From positions 1-55,633 of IMG/VR virus record IMGVR_UViG_3300024239_000352: a stretch of DNA of 55,633 bases; one strand, 5' to 3'. This DNA is from a virus (taxonomy: Duplodnaviria; Caudoviricetes). The notes under the pieces were generated by a model. The model worked only from the letters and a program-made list of their open reading frames with translations, was not told the origin of the DNA and did no database searches. The translations under genes were made by a program, and so were the position numbers. Shown piece after piece: positions 20,084 to 29,414 of the stretch; the first letter of the stretch is position 1; each line of letters begins with the position of its first letter.

Positions 20084-20174
20084 AAAAGATGCGTTAGGGG
20101 GTTACCAAATCTTGAAAGGTGTTTATCATAATTTTGTTGAGGCACTAGAGGTTGCCTAATACAAAGGAGAAAAA

Positions 20175-20525
20175 ATGCTTACAAGATATCATGACACCTT
20201 TCGATCACCAACATTAGATTTGTTTGATTCTTTTGGTCTTTTTAGCGATCTAACTTCTTCTCGTACTCGCAGCGACACCATCGACGATGAAGGTATTAAG
20301 ATAGAAATGCCGGGTGTAAGATCAAACGATCTTGATGTGTCAGTTGAGGGTCGTACGCTTAAGATAGCTGGCAAATCAAGACACGGCAAAGAGTATTCAT
20401 ACACCTACTCTTTACGTAACGTTGTTGATGAGTCTTTGATTGAGGCCAAGTTACAAGATGGCCTGCTTGAGATTAAGCTTCCAAAAAAGCTTGAATCAAA
20501 GGCAAGAAAAATTACTGTCACGTAA
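20175..20525 (+). CDS. Small heat-shock protein (Hsp20)
   Basis: EMPGV..DLDV; AKLQDGLLEIKLPK; C-terminal I-x-V; SD AAGGAG. Confidence 0.92.
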   Translation: MLTRYHDTFRSPTLDLFDSFGLFSDLTSSRTRSDTIDDEGIKIEMPGVRSNDLDVSVEGRTLKIAGKSRHGKEYSYTYSLRNVVDESLIEAKLQDGLLEIKLPKKLESKARKITVT

Positions 20526-20548
20526 AGTGCATAATCGACTGTACCTTG

Positions 20549-20579
20549 ATAAAGGTTCGGACAGGTGCCGAACCTTTAT
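20549..20579. terminator. Probable bidirectional terminator between convergent hsp20 and endolysin
   Basis: ATAAAGGTTCGG-acaggtg-CCGAACCTTTAT, a perfect 12-bp stem. Confidence 0.75.
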
Positions 20580-21358
20580 AGTATTTTAAATGCCTCAAAG
20601 TGCATGCCATCAGGTCGATTAGGAAACCACCCTCCCCAATAAAATCCAAATTGAACGGCAATGTCGACCAGCTCTCTAACGCAACCCTTTTGACCAACAA
20701 TCGCTGGCTTCATTCCTAACCCATTCCACTGCGCATTGATATCGAATGCTGTTCCCCAGGCATGATTTGACAGCGATGTTCTGGAGCCTCTAATGAAACG
20801 AGGCACCCAAGAACCTCCCCACGTGATGATTCTGTCAGTTAAGCCCGCATCTTCCCATGCATGGAAAAGAGCAACAGTTTGATTGGCAATTTTTGAATGC
20901 ATCTGTATCATCCCACTTTTGCTTGCACCTGTGACTCCTGACAGTTGAGGTACGATAATCGACGTGATGTTGTTTGTAGCCCAGCTGTCTGTGATCCTGA
21001 TCGCTTCAGGATTACCCTTGATAGGCGTAGGAATGTATGAAAAATTTCCGAACATGTTTCTTCGTTCGATAAAAGAAAGATTTTTTACGCCAGGATTTTG
21101 AGGCCAATGTGGATTGGCGACATTGTCGTCGTCGTACGCTTCAGGATACTCAAACCTTTTGGCCATTTCAAATGTTTTGGGCCCGACGATACCGTCAGCA
21201 GTGAGTTTTTGAGCCCGTTGAAATTCCACTGTTTCGGTCAGCGTCACTTCATCGAAGATACCGTTGATGACAACGTCGCTGCCGTCATTGACGCCTCTAA
21301 GAAACGCCTGCCATCTTTCCACATCGTGTCCTGTGGATCCCTTTTTTAATAAAATCAT
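20576..21358 (-). CDS. Endolysin: peptidoglycan-binding domain plus M15-family peptidase
   Basis: LKKGSTG.DV..WQ..FQ...L.ADGIVGPKT; SNHAWGTAFD and DGMHFE zinc motifs. The ORF track labels it +, but it reads on the minus strand (CAT ending at 21358, TTA at 20576). Confidence 0.88.
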   Translation of the reverse strand: MILLKKGSTGHDVERWQAFLRGVNDGSDVVINGIFDEVTLTETVEFQRAQKLTADGIVGPKTFEMAKRFEYPEAYDDDNVANPHWPQNPGVKNLSFIERRNMFGNFSYIPTPIKGNPEAIRITDSWATNNITSIIVPQLSGVTGASKSGMIQMHSKIANQTVALFHAWEDAGLTDRIITWGGSWVPRFIRGSRTSLSNHAWGTAFDINAQWNGLGMKPAIVGQKGCVRELVDIAVQFGFYWGGWFPNRPDGMHFEAFKIL

Positions 21359-21382
21359 TTTTCCTCACCTATAATTAATGCG

Positions 21383-21995
21383 ATGGAAGATCTGCAGGAA
21401 AAAAAGAAGAAAAAAAAGATCAATCCAAAGTATCTCACCAAAGATGCCGACAAGATGAAAGATGAGATCGAAAAGCAGGCCGACAAGGATCCTGGTGATT
21501 CTTCGGCTTACAAATCACATCCAAAAGGCGATTGGAAGGCAGATTATTCGCCATCCGGGGAAAAGATACAAAACGAAGACATCAAAGTGGACGAGGAAAT
21601 TTAAAGACATGTACGGTGAAAACCTTGATCTTGAAGATGAACTTTTAGAATCCATAGAAGACTTTTTGCTGGAGGAGTTCGAAGACGATGCGTTGCTCCT
21701 TCGTGAGTTTATAGAAGAAGTTTTATGCGAAAAGAAGAAGGGCGGCTCTAACCCAACGAAGGCCTTAAAAAATAAGGCAGAAAAAACTGGAGCTCCGATG
21801 GGAGCTCTGCGTGCCATCTATAACAAAGGGCTTGCGGCCTGGAGAACAGGCCACAGACCAGGAACTTCTCCTCACCAGTGGGCGATGGGACGCGTCAATA
21901 GCGTTTTGGCAGGCGGCCCAGCGAGAAAGGTCGATGACGCCCAGTGGAAACAGATTCAAAAACATCGTGGAAAAAAACGAAAAAAGAACAAATAA
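21383..21995 (+). CDS. Basic late protein split by a 1-nt frameshift at GGGGAAAA (about 21557-21564); DUF5824-like
   Basis: ORFs 21383..21604 and 21462..21995 join as ..WKADYSPSG/KRYKTKTSKWT..; YNKGLAAWRTGHRPG..QWAMGRVNS. Confidence 0.6.
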
Positions 21996-22025
21996 AAATG
22001 AGGTCAACTGTGTATAATCAGCCTC

Positions 22026-22460
22026 ATGACTCCCGAAAAAGATGCTTATCTCCGAGGCAAATATCCAAAGATATTCACACGATCTGAACACGAAAAAGAG
22101 CCCATTGACCTGTGGGGTCTTGAATGTGGAGACGGATGGCATGATCTCATAGATTCTCTTTGCAACAAAATACAAAAGCATGTAGACCGCCGAGCTGCAG
22201 CCACCCAAGATGCGGCTGAACTTGAGAACGTGCAAGTCGTCGCTCAGCAGGTCAAGGAAAAATTCGGTGGTCTACGTTTCTATGTTTCAGGTGGAGATGA
22301 CATCACCGATGCCCTCATCTCTTTCGCAGAAACCATGTCCTTCAAGATCTGCGAAACATGCGGAAATTCTGCGACCCAAAAAAACGTAGGCACATGGATA
22401 CACACCTCCTGCGATCCATGCTTTGAAAAACGTGCATGGAGACAAAATGAGAAAGGTTGA
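22026..22460 (+). CDS. Conserved-looking phage protein with C-terminal zinc ribbon
   Basis: ECGDGW; QVKEKFGGLRFY; CETCG..CDPC. Confidence 0.75.
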   Translation: MTPEKDAYLRGKYPKIFTRSEHEKEPIDLWGLECGDGWHDLIDSLCNKIQKHVDRRAAATQDAAELENVQVVAQQVKEKFGGLRFYVSGGDDITDALISFAETMSFKICETCGNSATQKNVGTWIHTSCDPCFEKRAWRQNEKG

Positions 22461-23211
22461 GTTCAAAGATGGAATTGCTATTAATGGCGATAGTACTTCA
22501 ACAGATGTCGTTGAAGAAGTCAAAAAATGGGTAGGTGAAGCGGGCGGCGTACCTCTCATCGCAACCGATCCTCCGTATGGCAACATCGTCATGCAGCATT
22601 GGGATCGGACGAAGATGACCGACGATCAGTACGCCGACTACATGATTGGATGGACCCGACTCTGGTCCGAGGTCCTGCTACAAGGAGGAGCATTCTATGT
22701 CTGGGGAGGTCTTGGACTTCCTAATTTCAGGCCTTTTATCAAATACCTCACACGTGTTGAAGATGATAACTTTAAGATGGCCAATCTCATTACCTGGAGC
22801 AAGAAGCGCGCATATGGAGTCCAGAACAACTATCTCTTTACGCGTGAAGAACTCGCCTACTTCACCAAGGGAAACCCAAAAAAGCCGCTAAAGTTTAACA
22901 TTCCTCTCCTTGAAACCAAACGAGGTTACGCAGGGTACAATGAAAAGTATCCTGCCAAGAGCGAGTTCTACCGTCGAACCAATGTCTGGATGGACATCAA
23001 CGAGATCTTCAAGGGTAAGCTTCATCCCACCCAGAAGGCCGACAGGGTCGTTGAGATCCCTATCGAAGTCCACACAGATCCAGGTGACATCGTCCTCGAT
23101 CCCTTTGCCGGTAGCGGTTCGACTGCATTCGCTGCAAGAAGGTTGAATAGAAAATTTATTGTGATTGAAAAAGATGAAGAGATCTTTGGCAAGATGATTG
23201 AGAGGCTGTAA
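22447..23211 (+). CDS. Orphan N4C/N6A DNA methyltransferase (beta class)
   Basis: DPPY, then HPTQK and DPFAGSG. Confidence 0.92.
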   Translation: MRKVEFKDGIAINGDSTSTDVVEEVKKWVGEAGGVPLIATDPPYGNIVMQHWDRTKMTDDQYADYMIGWTRLWSEVLLQGGAFYVWGGLGLPNFRPFIKYLTRVEDDNFKMANLITWSKKRAYGVQNNYLFTREELAYFTKGNPKKPLKFNIPLLETKRGYAGYNEKYPAKSEFYRRTNVWMDINEIFKGKLHPTQKADRVVEIPIEVHTDPGDIVLDPFAGSGSTAFAARRLNRKFIVIEKDEEIFGKMIERL

Positions 23212-23465
23212 TGAAAACTGTAAAGAACAAACAAGTCGATCAAAAAACTTATCTCAAGAATTTGTTGGAGCAATTTACAAAGCTTCAGGCAGCATCAAAA
23301 AGCAAGATAGAAAAATATGAAGACTTATTAAAAAGAGAAGGCTCAAAGCGGTGGGACGAAAAAAAGTTTAAGAAGTCTCAACAGCGTTTAGAACAGGCTC
23401 GACTGGAATATGAACAGTCATTCGAGATTATCGACCAAATTAAGAATCAGCTCGGCCGGCTATAA
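23211..23465 (+). CDS. Hypothetical coiled-coil protein
   Basis: 84-aa ORF with TAATG coupling. Confidence 0.65.
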   Translation: MKTVKNKQVDQKTYLKNLLEQFTKLQAASKSKIEKYEDLLKREGSKRWDEKKFKKSQQRLEQARLEYEQSFEIIDQIKNQLGRL

Positions 23466-23476
23466 TAATTAAAGAC

Positions 23477-24439
23477 ATGTATCTTTCACCAAAAAGAGTA
23501 AGAGTTGGGAGCAGGGTTGCCATTGTAGCTCCTTCAGCAACATTTTCAACTGAAGAACTTGCAGCAGGAATGGACGCAATTCGAGAAGCTGGATTGGAGC
23601 CTGTCGCTGGTCCTTGCGTAAGAAACTTAAGAACTGTGTCGTATCAACGTGCGGCGACTCCTCAGGAAAGAGCCGATGAATTAAATTGGGCATTTATGAC
23701 ACCCGACATGTCGGCTGTTATAGCTGTTCGAGGTGGTGAAGGGTCGGCTGCCGTGCTGCCGCACCTGAATTATGGCATGATTAGGAAATCACAAAAAGTT
23801 TTCGTTGGCAAGTCAGACAACACTTCGATTTCAATGGGGCTCTTATCTAAGTCTAATTTAATCTCTGTTTGCTCGCGGGGAGCTGCGATTCGATGCGACA
23901 AAGGGGCAGAGATCAGAGAGTCAGATTATCAATCACTAAGATGGACGTTGGAGCTTCTCATGTCCAGTGAACAATGGGACGATAAACCTTTAAAACACAA
24001 TCAACACTTTGCCAGGACGGTGTCATCAGGAATCGCTACAGGTGTAGCCGTAGGAGGTAACGCCGATACATTTTCAAGATTAATTGGAACTGACTATCTC
24101 CCTGAGCTAAATGGTGCCATTCTTTTTTTGGAGGATGTAGATGAAACTGCAGGCTCTTTGTCAAAGATTTTTTTACACATGAAGCTTTCAGGTGTTTTAA
24201 ACAGCGTCAATGGTATTGTTTTGGGAGAATTTGCGAAATCTGATGCTTCAAAGTCAAAAAATTACGTGTATGAGAACGTGATAAAAGAGTATTTCGCCGA
24301 TGGTCCTCCTTGCTCGTATGGATATAGCTTTTCTCATGGAAATTATACGTGCCCTATTCCTATAGGTTCGCATGTCAGACTGGACGCCGATACGGGTCAG
24401 TTAGAGTTTGACTTTAGAATGTCACCAGCAATAAAGTAA
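23477..24439 (+). CDS. S66 peptidase (LD-carboxypeptidase / MccF-like)
   Basis: VAIVAPS; RGGEG; GKSDNT (Ser); GGN; LFLED (Glu); FSHG (His). Confidence 0.88.
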   Translation: MYLSPKRVRVGSRVAIVAPSATFSTEELAAGMDAIREAGLEPVAGPCVRNLRTVSYQRAATPQERADELNWAFMTPDMSAVIAVRGGEGSAAVLPHLNYGMIRKSQKVFVGKSDNTSISMGLLSKSNLISVCSRGAAIRCDKGAEIRESDYQSLRWTLELLMSSEQWDDKPLKHNQHFARTVSSGIATGVAVGGNADTFSRLIGTDYLPELNGAILFLEDVDETAGSLSKIFLHMKLSGVLNSVNGIVLGEFAKSDASKSKNYVYENVIKEYFADGPPCSYGYSFSHGNYTCPIPIGSHVRLDADTGQLEFDFRMSPAIK

Positions 24440-24440
24440 T

Positions 24441-25271
24441 ATGAAATTAGCATGGGCAACAGATATACACCTCGATTGTGTTAACGATGCAGTTGCATGT
24501 GTTGAAAAATTGGCAGAATCATCAATGGGTTGTGATGGAGTCGTTATTTCAGGCGACCTATCTACAAGCCCTTTGATCGTAGATCACTTAAGGTTATTAA
24601 ATGATTGCATACAAAAACCAATTTATTTCGTGTTAGGCAATCATGATTATTATTATTCTGACATTATCTCGACAAGAAAGCGTGTCGTAGAAGTATGTCG
24701 TAACCTACCTTTCTGTAGGTACTTGGGATCGACTTCATATATTAACGTCGGTAGATCTACTGCAATTGTTGGATCAGACGGATGGTACGATGCGTTGAAC
24801 GGCAACCCTGATAGCAGCGAACTAATAATGAATGATTGGCTAATGATTGCTGATTTTAAATTGTCGATTAAAAACAACCTAAGAGGAAAATCAATCGACA
24901 GAAATGTTGTGGCACATGTCGCAAGACAAATTTGCAAGGCGTCGGTTGATCACATAGCAAGAGGAATAAAATCAGTTGTGAACGATGTTGATAAAATCAT
25001 AATCATCACGCACGTGCCTCCTTTTGTTGAATCTTACACCAACTCAAAGTTCAAAGGATCACCCGACGAAAACATTGTGCCGTGGTACACATCTCGAATC
25101 ATGGGTGAGATGTTACGCTCTGCGGCTAAAACATATCAGCACATACAGTTTACAGTTTTGTCCGGGCACACTCATAGCCCATTTGAAGGAAACATCTTTC
25201 ATAATTTGCATGCAAAAGTTGGGAAATCACAGTATGGAGCGCCACAGATCGTTGGGTATATCGATACTTAA
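24441..25271 (+). CDS. Calcineurin-like metallophosphoesterase
   Basis: DIH; GD; GNHD; THVPP; GHTH. Confidence 0.9.
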   Translation: MKLAWATDIHLDCVNDAVACVEKLAESSMGCDGVVISGDLSTSPLIVDHLRLLNDCIQKPIYFVLGNHDYYYSDIISTRKRVVEVCRNLPFCRYLGSTSYINVGRSTAIVGSDGWYDALNGNPDSSELIMNDWLMIADFKLSIKNNLRGKSIDRNVVAHVARQICKASVDHIARGIKSVVNDVDKIIIITHVPPFVESYTNSKFKGSPDENIVPWYTSRIMGEMLRSAAKTYQHIQFTVLSGHTHSPFEGNIFHNLHAKVGKSQYGAPQIVGYIDT

Positions 25272-25290
25272 AATTCAAGGAGGAAATGCC

Positions 25291-25827
25291 ATGAAGAAGG
25301 CACTTCTCTTGAATTGTAACGGTGAACCTCTTCATTTCGTTGACGGAATACGTGCAATCAAATTGATGCTGAAAGGCAGAGTCGAAGTCGCATCGGGCAT
25401 TACAGGTGAACCATCATTTTGGGATGATGTTGTTTCTTCACCTTCATATGGCTTTAAGTTGCCGGCCGTCATTAGGCTAAAATACTATGTCAACAAAAGA
25501 ACCTACAAAAGACCACCTAGATTTCAAAAAAGAGTTCTTTTTAATCGTGACTCTTGGAAATGTCAATACTGCGGATTACAGTTACAACATCCGATGATAA
25601 CGATTGACCATGTCCATCCAATTTCAAGAGGCGGAAAGACTAATTGGAAGAATTGCGTTGTAGCATGTAAAAAATGTAATAGTTTTAAGGGTGACAAAAC
25701 TCTTGAAGAGGTAGGTATGAGATTGCTCAAGGTTCCTACAGAACCTACAGCATTTCATTATTGGGATATGCTAAAGTCTTCTGCTTGGCACCGCGACTGG
25801 ACTTTGTTTGTGTCTTTCAATGAATAA
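25291..25827 (+). CDS. HNH endonuclease (McrA-like)
   Basis: LLLN..EPL; RD..CQYCG; TIDHVHP.SRGG..W.NCV.AC..CN..KG; SD AAGGAGG. Confidence 0.9.
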   Translation: MKKALLLNCNGEPLHFVDGIRAIKLMLKGRVEVASGITGEPSFWDDVVSSPSYGFKLPAVIRLKYYVNKRTYKRPPRFQKRVLFNRDSWKCQYCGLQLQHPMITIDHVHPISRGGKTNWKNCVVACKKCNSFKGDKTLEEVGMRLLKVPTEPTAFHYWDMLKSSAWHRDWTLFVSFNE

Positions 25828-25884
25828 TTATTTGCAAAAATAACAACGCTAAAACATATTTAGTCGTGTAGGAGTCATTTTTTC

Positions 25885-27054
25885 ATGCAATTGAAGCTTG
25901 AAGAGCTACAGAAAGTCGTTAAAAGCGTCGTAAACGACGAAAAATATTCTCATGCGCTGAAGCAAGAGATTAGCCGTGCTGTTGGAGCAAAGGTCGTTAC
26001 GACGCATAGCGTAACTGTCATGGCCGAGAGCGCCAACTACCAGCTTGACATTTTTGAGAAGACAGGCAGGTCAATGCCTCACGCGAAGGCTTCTATATTA
26101 CTGAAACACGTGAATTCTGACAGCGTTGAAGTAAGAAAGCTTGTTGCAAGATTACTTCCTGAAAGCCATGTCAAAGCGATGATCGATGATCGACACCCAG
26201 CAGTACGGGCTGTCTTGGTCAAAAGATTGCCTCTTGACCTTGCTTCGAAGCTCGCAACGAGGCACAAGTCTGACGACAATGTTCAGACGCAGTATCGTTT
26301 AAGAAAACTGACAGAGTCAGTCAAGGTCGACGACAAAGAATTTGACATGTATGGTGACATGCATGTCGAAGACGCCTTTGATGGCCTCGAACATCCTGGT
26401 CTGACAGACGAATGGTATAATACACTGGCCCACAGGATTATCAATGGTCCAACTGCCTACGGAAACAATCTTGAAGGCAATTGGGAAGAAAAGATAGCGA
26501 AGAACATTTGTGATAGCTACAAATCTCAAGGCATTGAGGTTGATCATGAAAAGCTATTAGATGCCGTCTATGACCACATGGAGATGCGCGACGCCGACAT
26601 AATAAAGGCCAGCGAGAACAGAAGAGGTTCATCGGGAGGCAGCGTTGATGAGTCCGTGCTAAAAGGCATCGTTAGAAGTCTTCGATTACACGAGAATCTT
26701 GACGAGCCTTTTATGCCTATCATATCAGAAGAAATAGACCTCGTCGAGTCTTTGGTTGAGTCGGTAATGCCTTCTAGGAATTACATTGAAAAATTTGAAG
26801 AGCTTTTTGAAGTCACCAAGGAAGCAACTTATAACGTTGGAAAAAAACAAGGCATAAATGAGGGTTACTCCAAGGTTATCGCTCCTTCAACAGCTACGGT
26901 TCCATATGGAAATTTAAGAGCTGTTGATGAAAAAGCCTTGAATGCGTATGTAAAGAATTGGAATTTGCAGCGGTCGTTAAAGAATCAACCTTACAAGATA
27001 TCATGGTCCCCTGCCGCTGCATCAAGCGTGAAGTTTCACTTGGAGGTCGTATGA
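25885..27054 (+). CDS. Late protein with HEAT/LRV-like repeats and several LxE sites
   Basis: SDSVEVRKLVARLLP..DDRHPAVRAVLVKRLP; ATATTTA at 25856. Confidence 0.6.
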   Translation: MQLKLEELQKVVKSVVNDEKYSHALKQEISRAVGAKVVTTHSVTVMAESANYQLDIFEKTGRSMPHAKASILLKHVNSDSVEVRKLVARLLPESHVKAMIDDRHPAVRAVLVKRLPLDLASKLATRHKSDDNVQTQYRLRKLTESVKVDDKEFDMYGDMHVEDAFDGLEHPGLTDEWYNTLAHRIINGPTAYGNNLEGNWEEKIAKNICDSYKSQGIEVDHEKLLDAVYDHMEMRDADIIKASENRRGSSGGSVDESVLKGIVRSLRLHENLDEPFMPIISEEIDLVESLVESVMPSRNYIEKFEELFEVTKEATYNVGKKQGINEGYSKVIAPSTATVPYGNLRAVDEKALNAYVKNWNLQRSLKNQPYKISWSPAAASSVKFHLEVV

Positions 27055-27605
27055 AACGAAAGCAGCTTTCTGAGGATGTTTATGTCGTTATCGAACCGAA
27101 CAGCGATGTCATATTCGATAACATGATGGCTGAGTGGAAAGGTTTACCTTACTGTCAGCTGTCTGTCGTTTTGTCACATTTGAAGTTTCTTGCGACCCTT
27201 CATGAGAATCATCATTGGACATGTATGGGAGATCCCTTTTATGGTGATCATCTTCTTTTTTCAAGACTATACGAAGCGGTCGACGCAGAAATTGATCCTG
27301 TTGCTGAAAAAGCAGTCGGACTGGCCAGCACTTCAAACGTTGATCCGCTGATCATTCATTCGCAGATCGTGAAGCTTCTTTCTGGTGTCGGCTCTGCTTC
27401 TATGATTCCCCAATCGTCTGATCTTGCAAGAAAATCTCTTGTTGCCGAAATGAACTTTTTGAAAGTGATTGACAGCTGCAGGTCGTCATTGGAAGAGTGT
27501 GGAATGCTATCGAATGGAGTAGACAACATGCTTCAGGACATTGCTGATAAGCATGAAGGGCATGTTTATCTGCTAAAACAGAGATGCTCAAAGCCAGCGG
27601 TGTGA
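27051..27605 (+). CDS. Dps / ferritin-like protein
   Basis: HENHHW...G..FYGDHLLFSRLYE..D..AE; HEGHVYLL; SD GGAGG. Confidence 0.82.
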   Translation: MKRKQLSEDVYVVIEPNSDVIFDNMMAEWKGLPYCQLSVVLSHLKFLATLHENHHWTCMGDPFYGDHLLFSRLYEAVDAEIDPVAEKAVGLASTSNVDPLIIHSQIVKLLSGVGSASMIPQSSDLARKSLVAEMNFLKVIDSCRSSLEECGMLSNGVDNMLQDIADKHEGHVYLLKQRCSKPAV

Positions 27606-27608
27606 AAA

Positions 27609-28103
27609 ATGAAAATTACATTGAATCAATTAAAACAACTAATAGCTGAAGAGGTTTCTTTAGCTAAAACTAACGACAAAGATCCACAGCGTTTTCTTCA
27701 TGGCTTTGATTCCGGTAATCCCATGGATGATGAAGGCTCCATGCTAAAATCAAGAATGTCTAACATAAAGGACATGGCGTCGACAATCTGCGATCTTCTT
27801 GAAAACGGTGATCAAGTGCCAGCGTGGTGTCAAGACCTCGTCGCAGGTGCCCACCGCGATCTTGAACACGTCAAGGATTATATGCTAGGCGATCAAAAAA
27901 TGCGTGACAAAAAAGCCAAGCAGCAGATGCAGCCCAATCCAATGCCGACAACTGTTCCAATGGTTGCCAGTGAGGCTTACATGCGTAAGTTTAGCAGGCT
28001 TACTGAGAGCTTCGCAAGAATAACAGAAAAAGAAATGCAGGCTTGGAAAAATGGCGATTGGGGCTATGTCCAAGGCGATGATTCTGAACCAGAAGACCTG
28101 TAG
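27609..28103 (+). CDS. Hypothetical late protein with MKITLNQLKQLIAEE tag
   Basis: ORF; EGSM..S; PAWCQ..V; second site LTES. Confidence 0.7.
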   Translation: MKITLNQLKQLIAEEVSLAKTNDKDPQRFLHGFDSGNPMDDEGSMLKSRMSNIKDMASTICDLLENGDQVPAWCQDLVAGAHRDLEHVKDYMLGDQKMRDKKAKQQMQPNPMPTTVPMVASEAYMRKFSRLTESFARITEKEMQAWKNGDWGYVQGDDSEPEDL

Positions 28104-28111
28104 AGTTTTTT

Positions 28112-29365
28112 ATGGGTGGCAATACAACAGCAATCGATAGGACCACAGGCAAGGTCGTCGACTTCATGGGACGGCCTGGGTATGCCGATAAAGTCGATTT
28201 TACTAAGATAGACAGAGACACTTTTCGTGCCGATGTTATTGCTGCCTTTAAAAAACTTGATAAACTACATGAAGAAAATTATGGTGAACCAATCTGGGAT
28301 CCAAAGAAAAGAGATTCTTTGTTATCATCAGGGCAAGCTTTCAATGGATCTTCTGAGCACTTGTTCAATAGCAAGATCTCCGATAAGGATTTCACAAAAT
28401 ACAAACCATTGGTTGGTGACATCGATCTAACGATTCCTGCAGAAAAAGCCGAGACGTTGTTTGAGCTACTGGCATCGCTTGAGCAGGCGCAAATTATACC
28501 AAGAAAAATATGGTACATAGGACAGAATAAGAAATCGCATTCAGGCGAACAGATAAATTCGTTGTTTGCTTACAAGTATGCGCCGAAGCTACCGCCGTTG
28601 TTTCTTCAGGTGGACTTCGAGGCCGTCGAATATGAGAAGGGCAAACCTACACAGTTTGCCAAGTTTAGTCATTCTTCTTCATGGGAAGATATCCAGCAAG
28701 GAATAAAGGGAGTCTTTCACAAGTATCTCTTGAGATCTTTGACCACATCTTCAGCGCAGCCCGATGCCATATTGTTGGCCTCCAACAGCCCACTTTATCC
28801 TCCTTCAGCTGTGAAAATAGCTAAGAAGACAAGCGCTGTGAAGTTGTTATCATTCGCAGTTCAGTATGGGCTAAGATCAGCAGTAGAGCTACAGCATTAC
28901 CCAGATTTGCCTGAAGTTCCACCCAGGTTGGTGGGTAAACCTGTTGTTATAAATGGAAAGTTAGCATACAAAGAAACGTCCACAGGCGAATCTTCATACG
29001 TGACTAATCTTTCACAGATATTTTCTTTGCTGTTCGGCAAAGAACCTACCCCTGCCGAGGTCGCATCTTTCGGTTCTTTTACTGGCGTTCTTGACGTCAT
29101 GTCAACATATTTCACCGATGATCAAGTCGCTGCAATTTACGAAGATTTTGTGTATGAAAAGCTATTTGGTCGAGGAGCTCAACGATTGGATGCAAAAAGT
29201 CCTGACGTAGATCGAGCTGCAAAAATGGGAGCCGTTGAGATGTTTAGAAAAACATTCCCTTTTCTGCCTGAAGTTGATCAGCAGGTTCTTGATGCTTATT
29301 ATGGATCTTACAAGATTCGCAAGGAATCGCTGCTCAGGGCCTATATTTCTTTGTTGATTAGTTAA
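28112..29365 (+). CDS. Putative Pol-beta-fold nucleotidyltransferase
   Basis: MGGN start; GSS..VGDIDL; LQVDF; C-terminal ESLLRAYISLLI tag. Confidence 0.55.
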   Translation: MGGNTTAIDRTTGKVVDFMGRPGYADKVDFTKIDRDTFRADVIAAFKKLDKLHEENYGEPIWDPKKRDSLLSSGQAFNGSSEHLFNSKISDKDFTKYKPLVGDIDLTIPAEKAETLFELLASLEQAQIIPRKIWYIGQNKKSHSGEQINSLFAYKYAPKLPPLFLQVDFEAVEYEKGKPTQFAKFSHSSSWEDIQQGIKGVFHKYLLRSLTTSSAQPDAILLASNSPLYPPSAVKIAKKTSAVKLLSFAVQYGLRSAVELQHYPDLPEVPPRLVGKPVVINGKLAYKETSTGESSYVTNLSQIFSLLFGKEPTPAEVASFGSFTGVLDVMSTYFTDDQVAAIYEDFVYEKLFGRGAQRLDAKSPDVDRAAKMGAVEMFRKTFPFLPEVDQQVLDAYYGSYKIRKESLLRAYISLLIS

Positions 29366-29375
29366 AAACCTGTTC

Positions 29376-29405
29376 GTGCAAACCTGTTGCTGCATGAAGT
29401 ATCAT
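29376..29405 (+). promoter_or_regulatory. Sigma70-like promoter
   Basis: GTGCAA-N18-TATCAT, ending 10 nt before ATG 29415. Confidence 0.5.
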
Positions 29406-29414
29406 TGTTCTTAA

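Noticed and set aside
20137-20159. CIRCE-like inverted repeat upstream of hsp20 (TTGAGGCAC..GTTGCCTAA)
   Set aside because: Arms and spacing do not match TTAGCACTC-N9-GAGTGCTAA; at most a weak hairpin.
20576-21358. ORF track lists the endolysin on the + strand
   Set aside because: The given protein is encoded by the reverse complement, so it is annotated on the minus strand.
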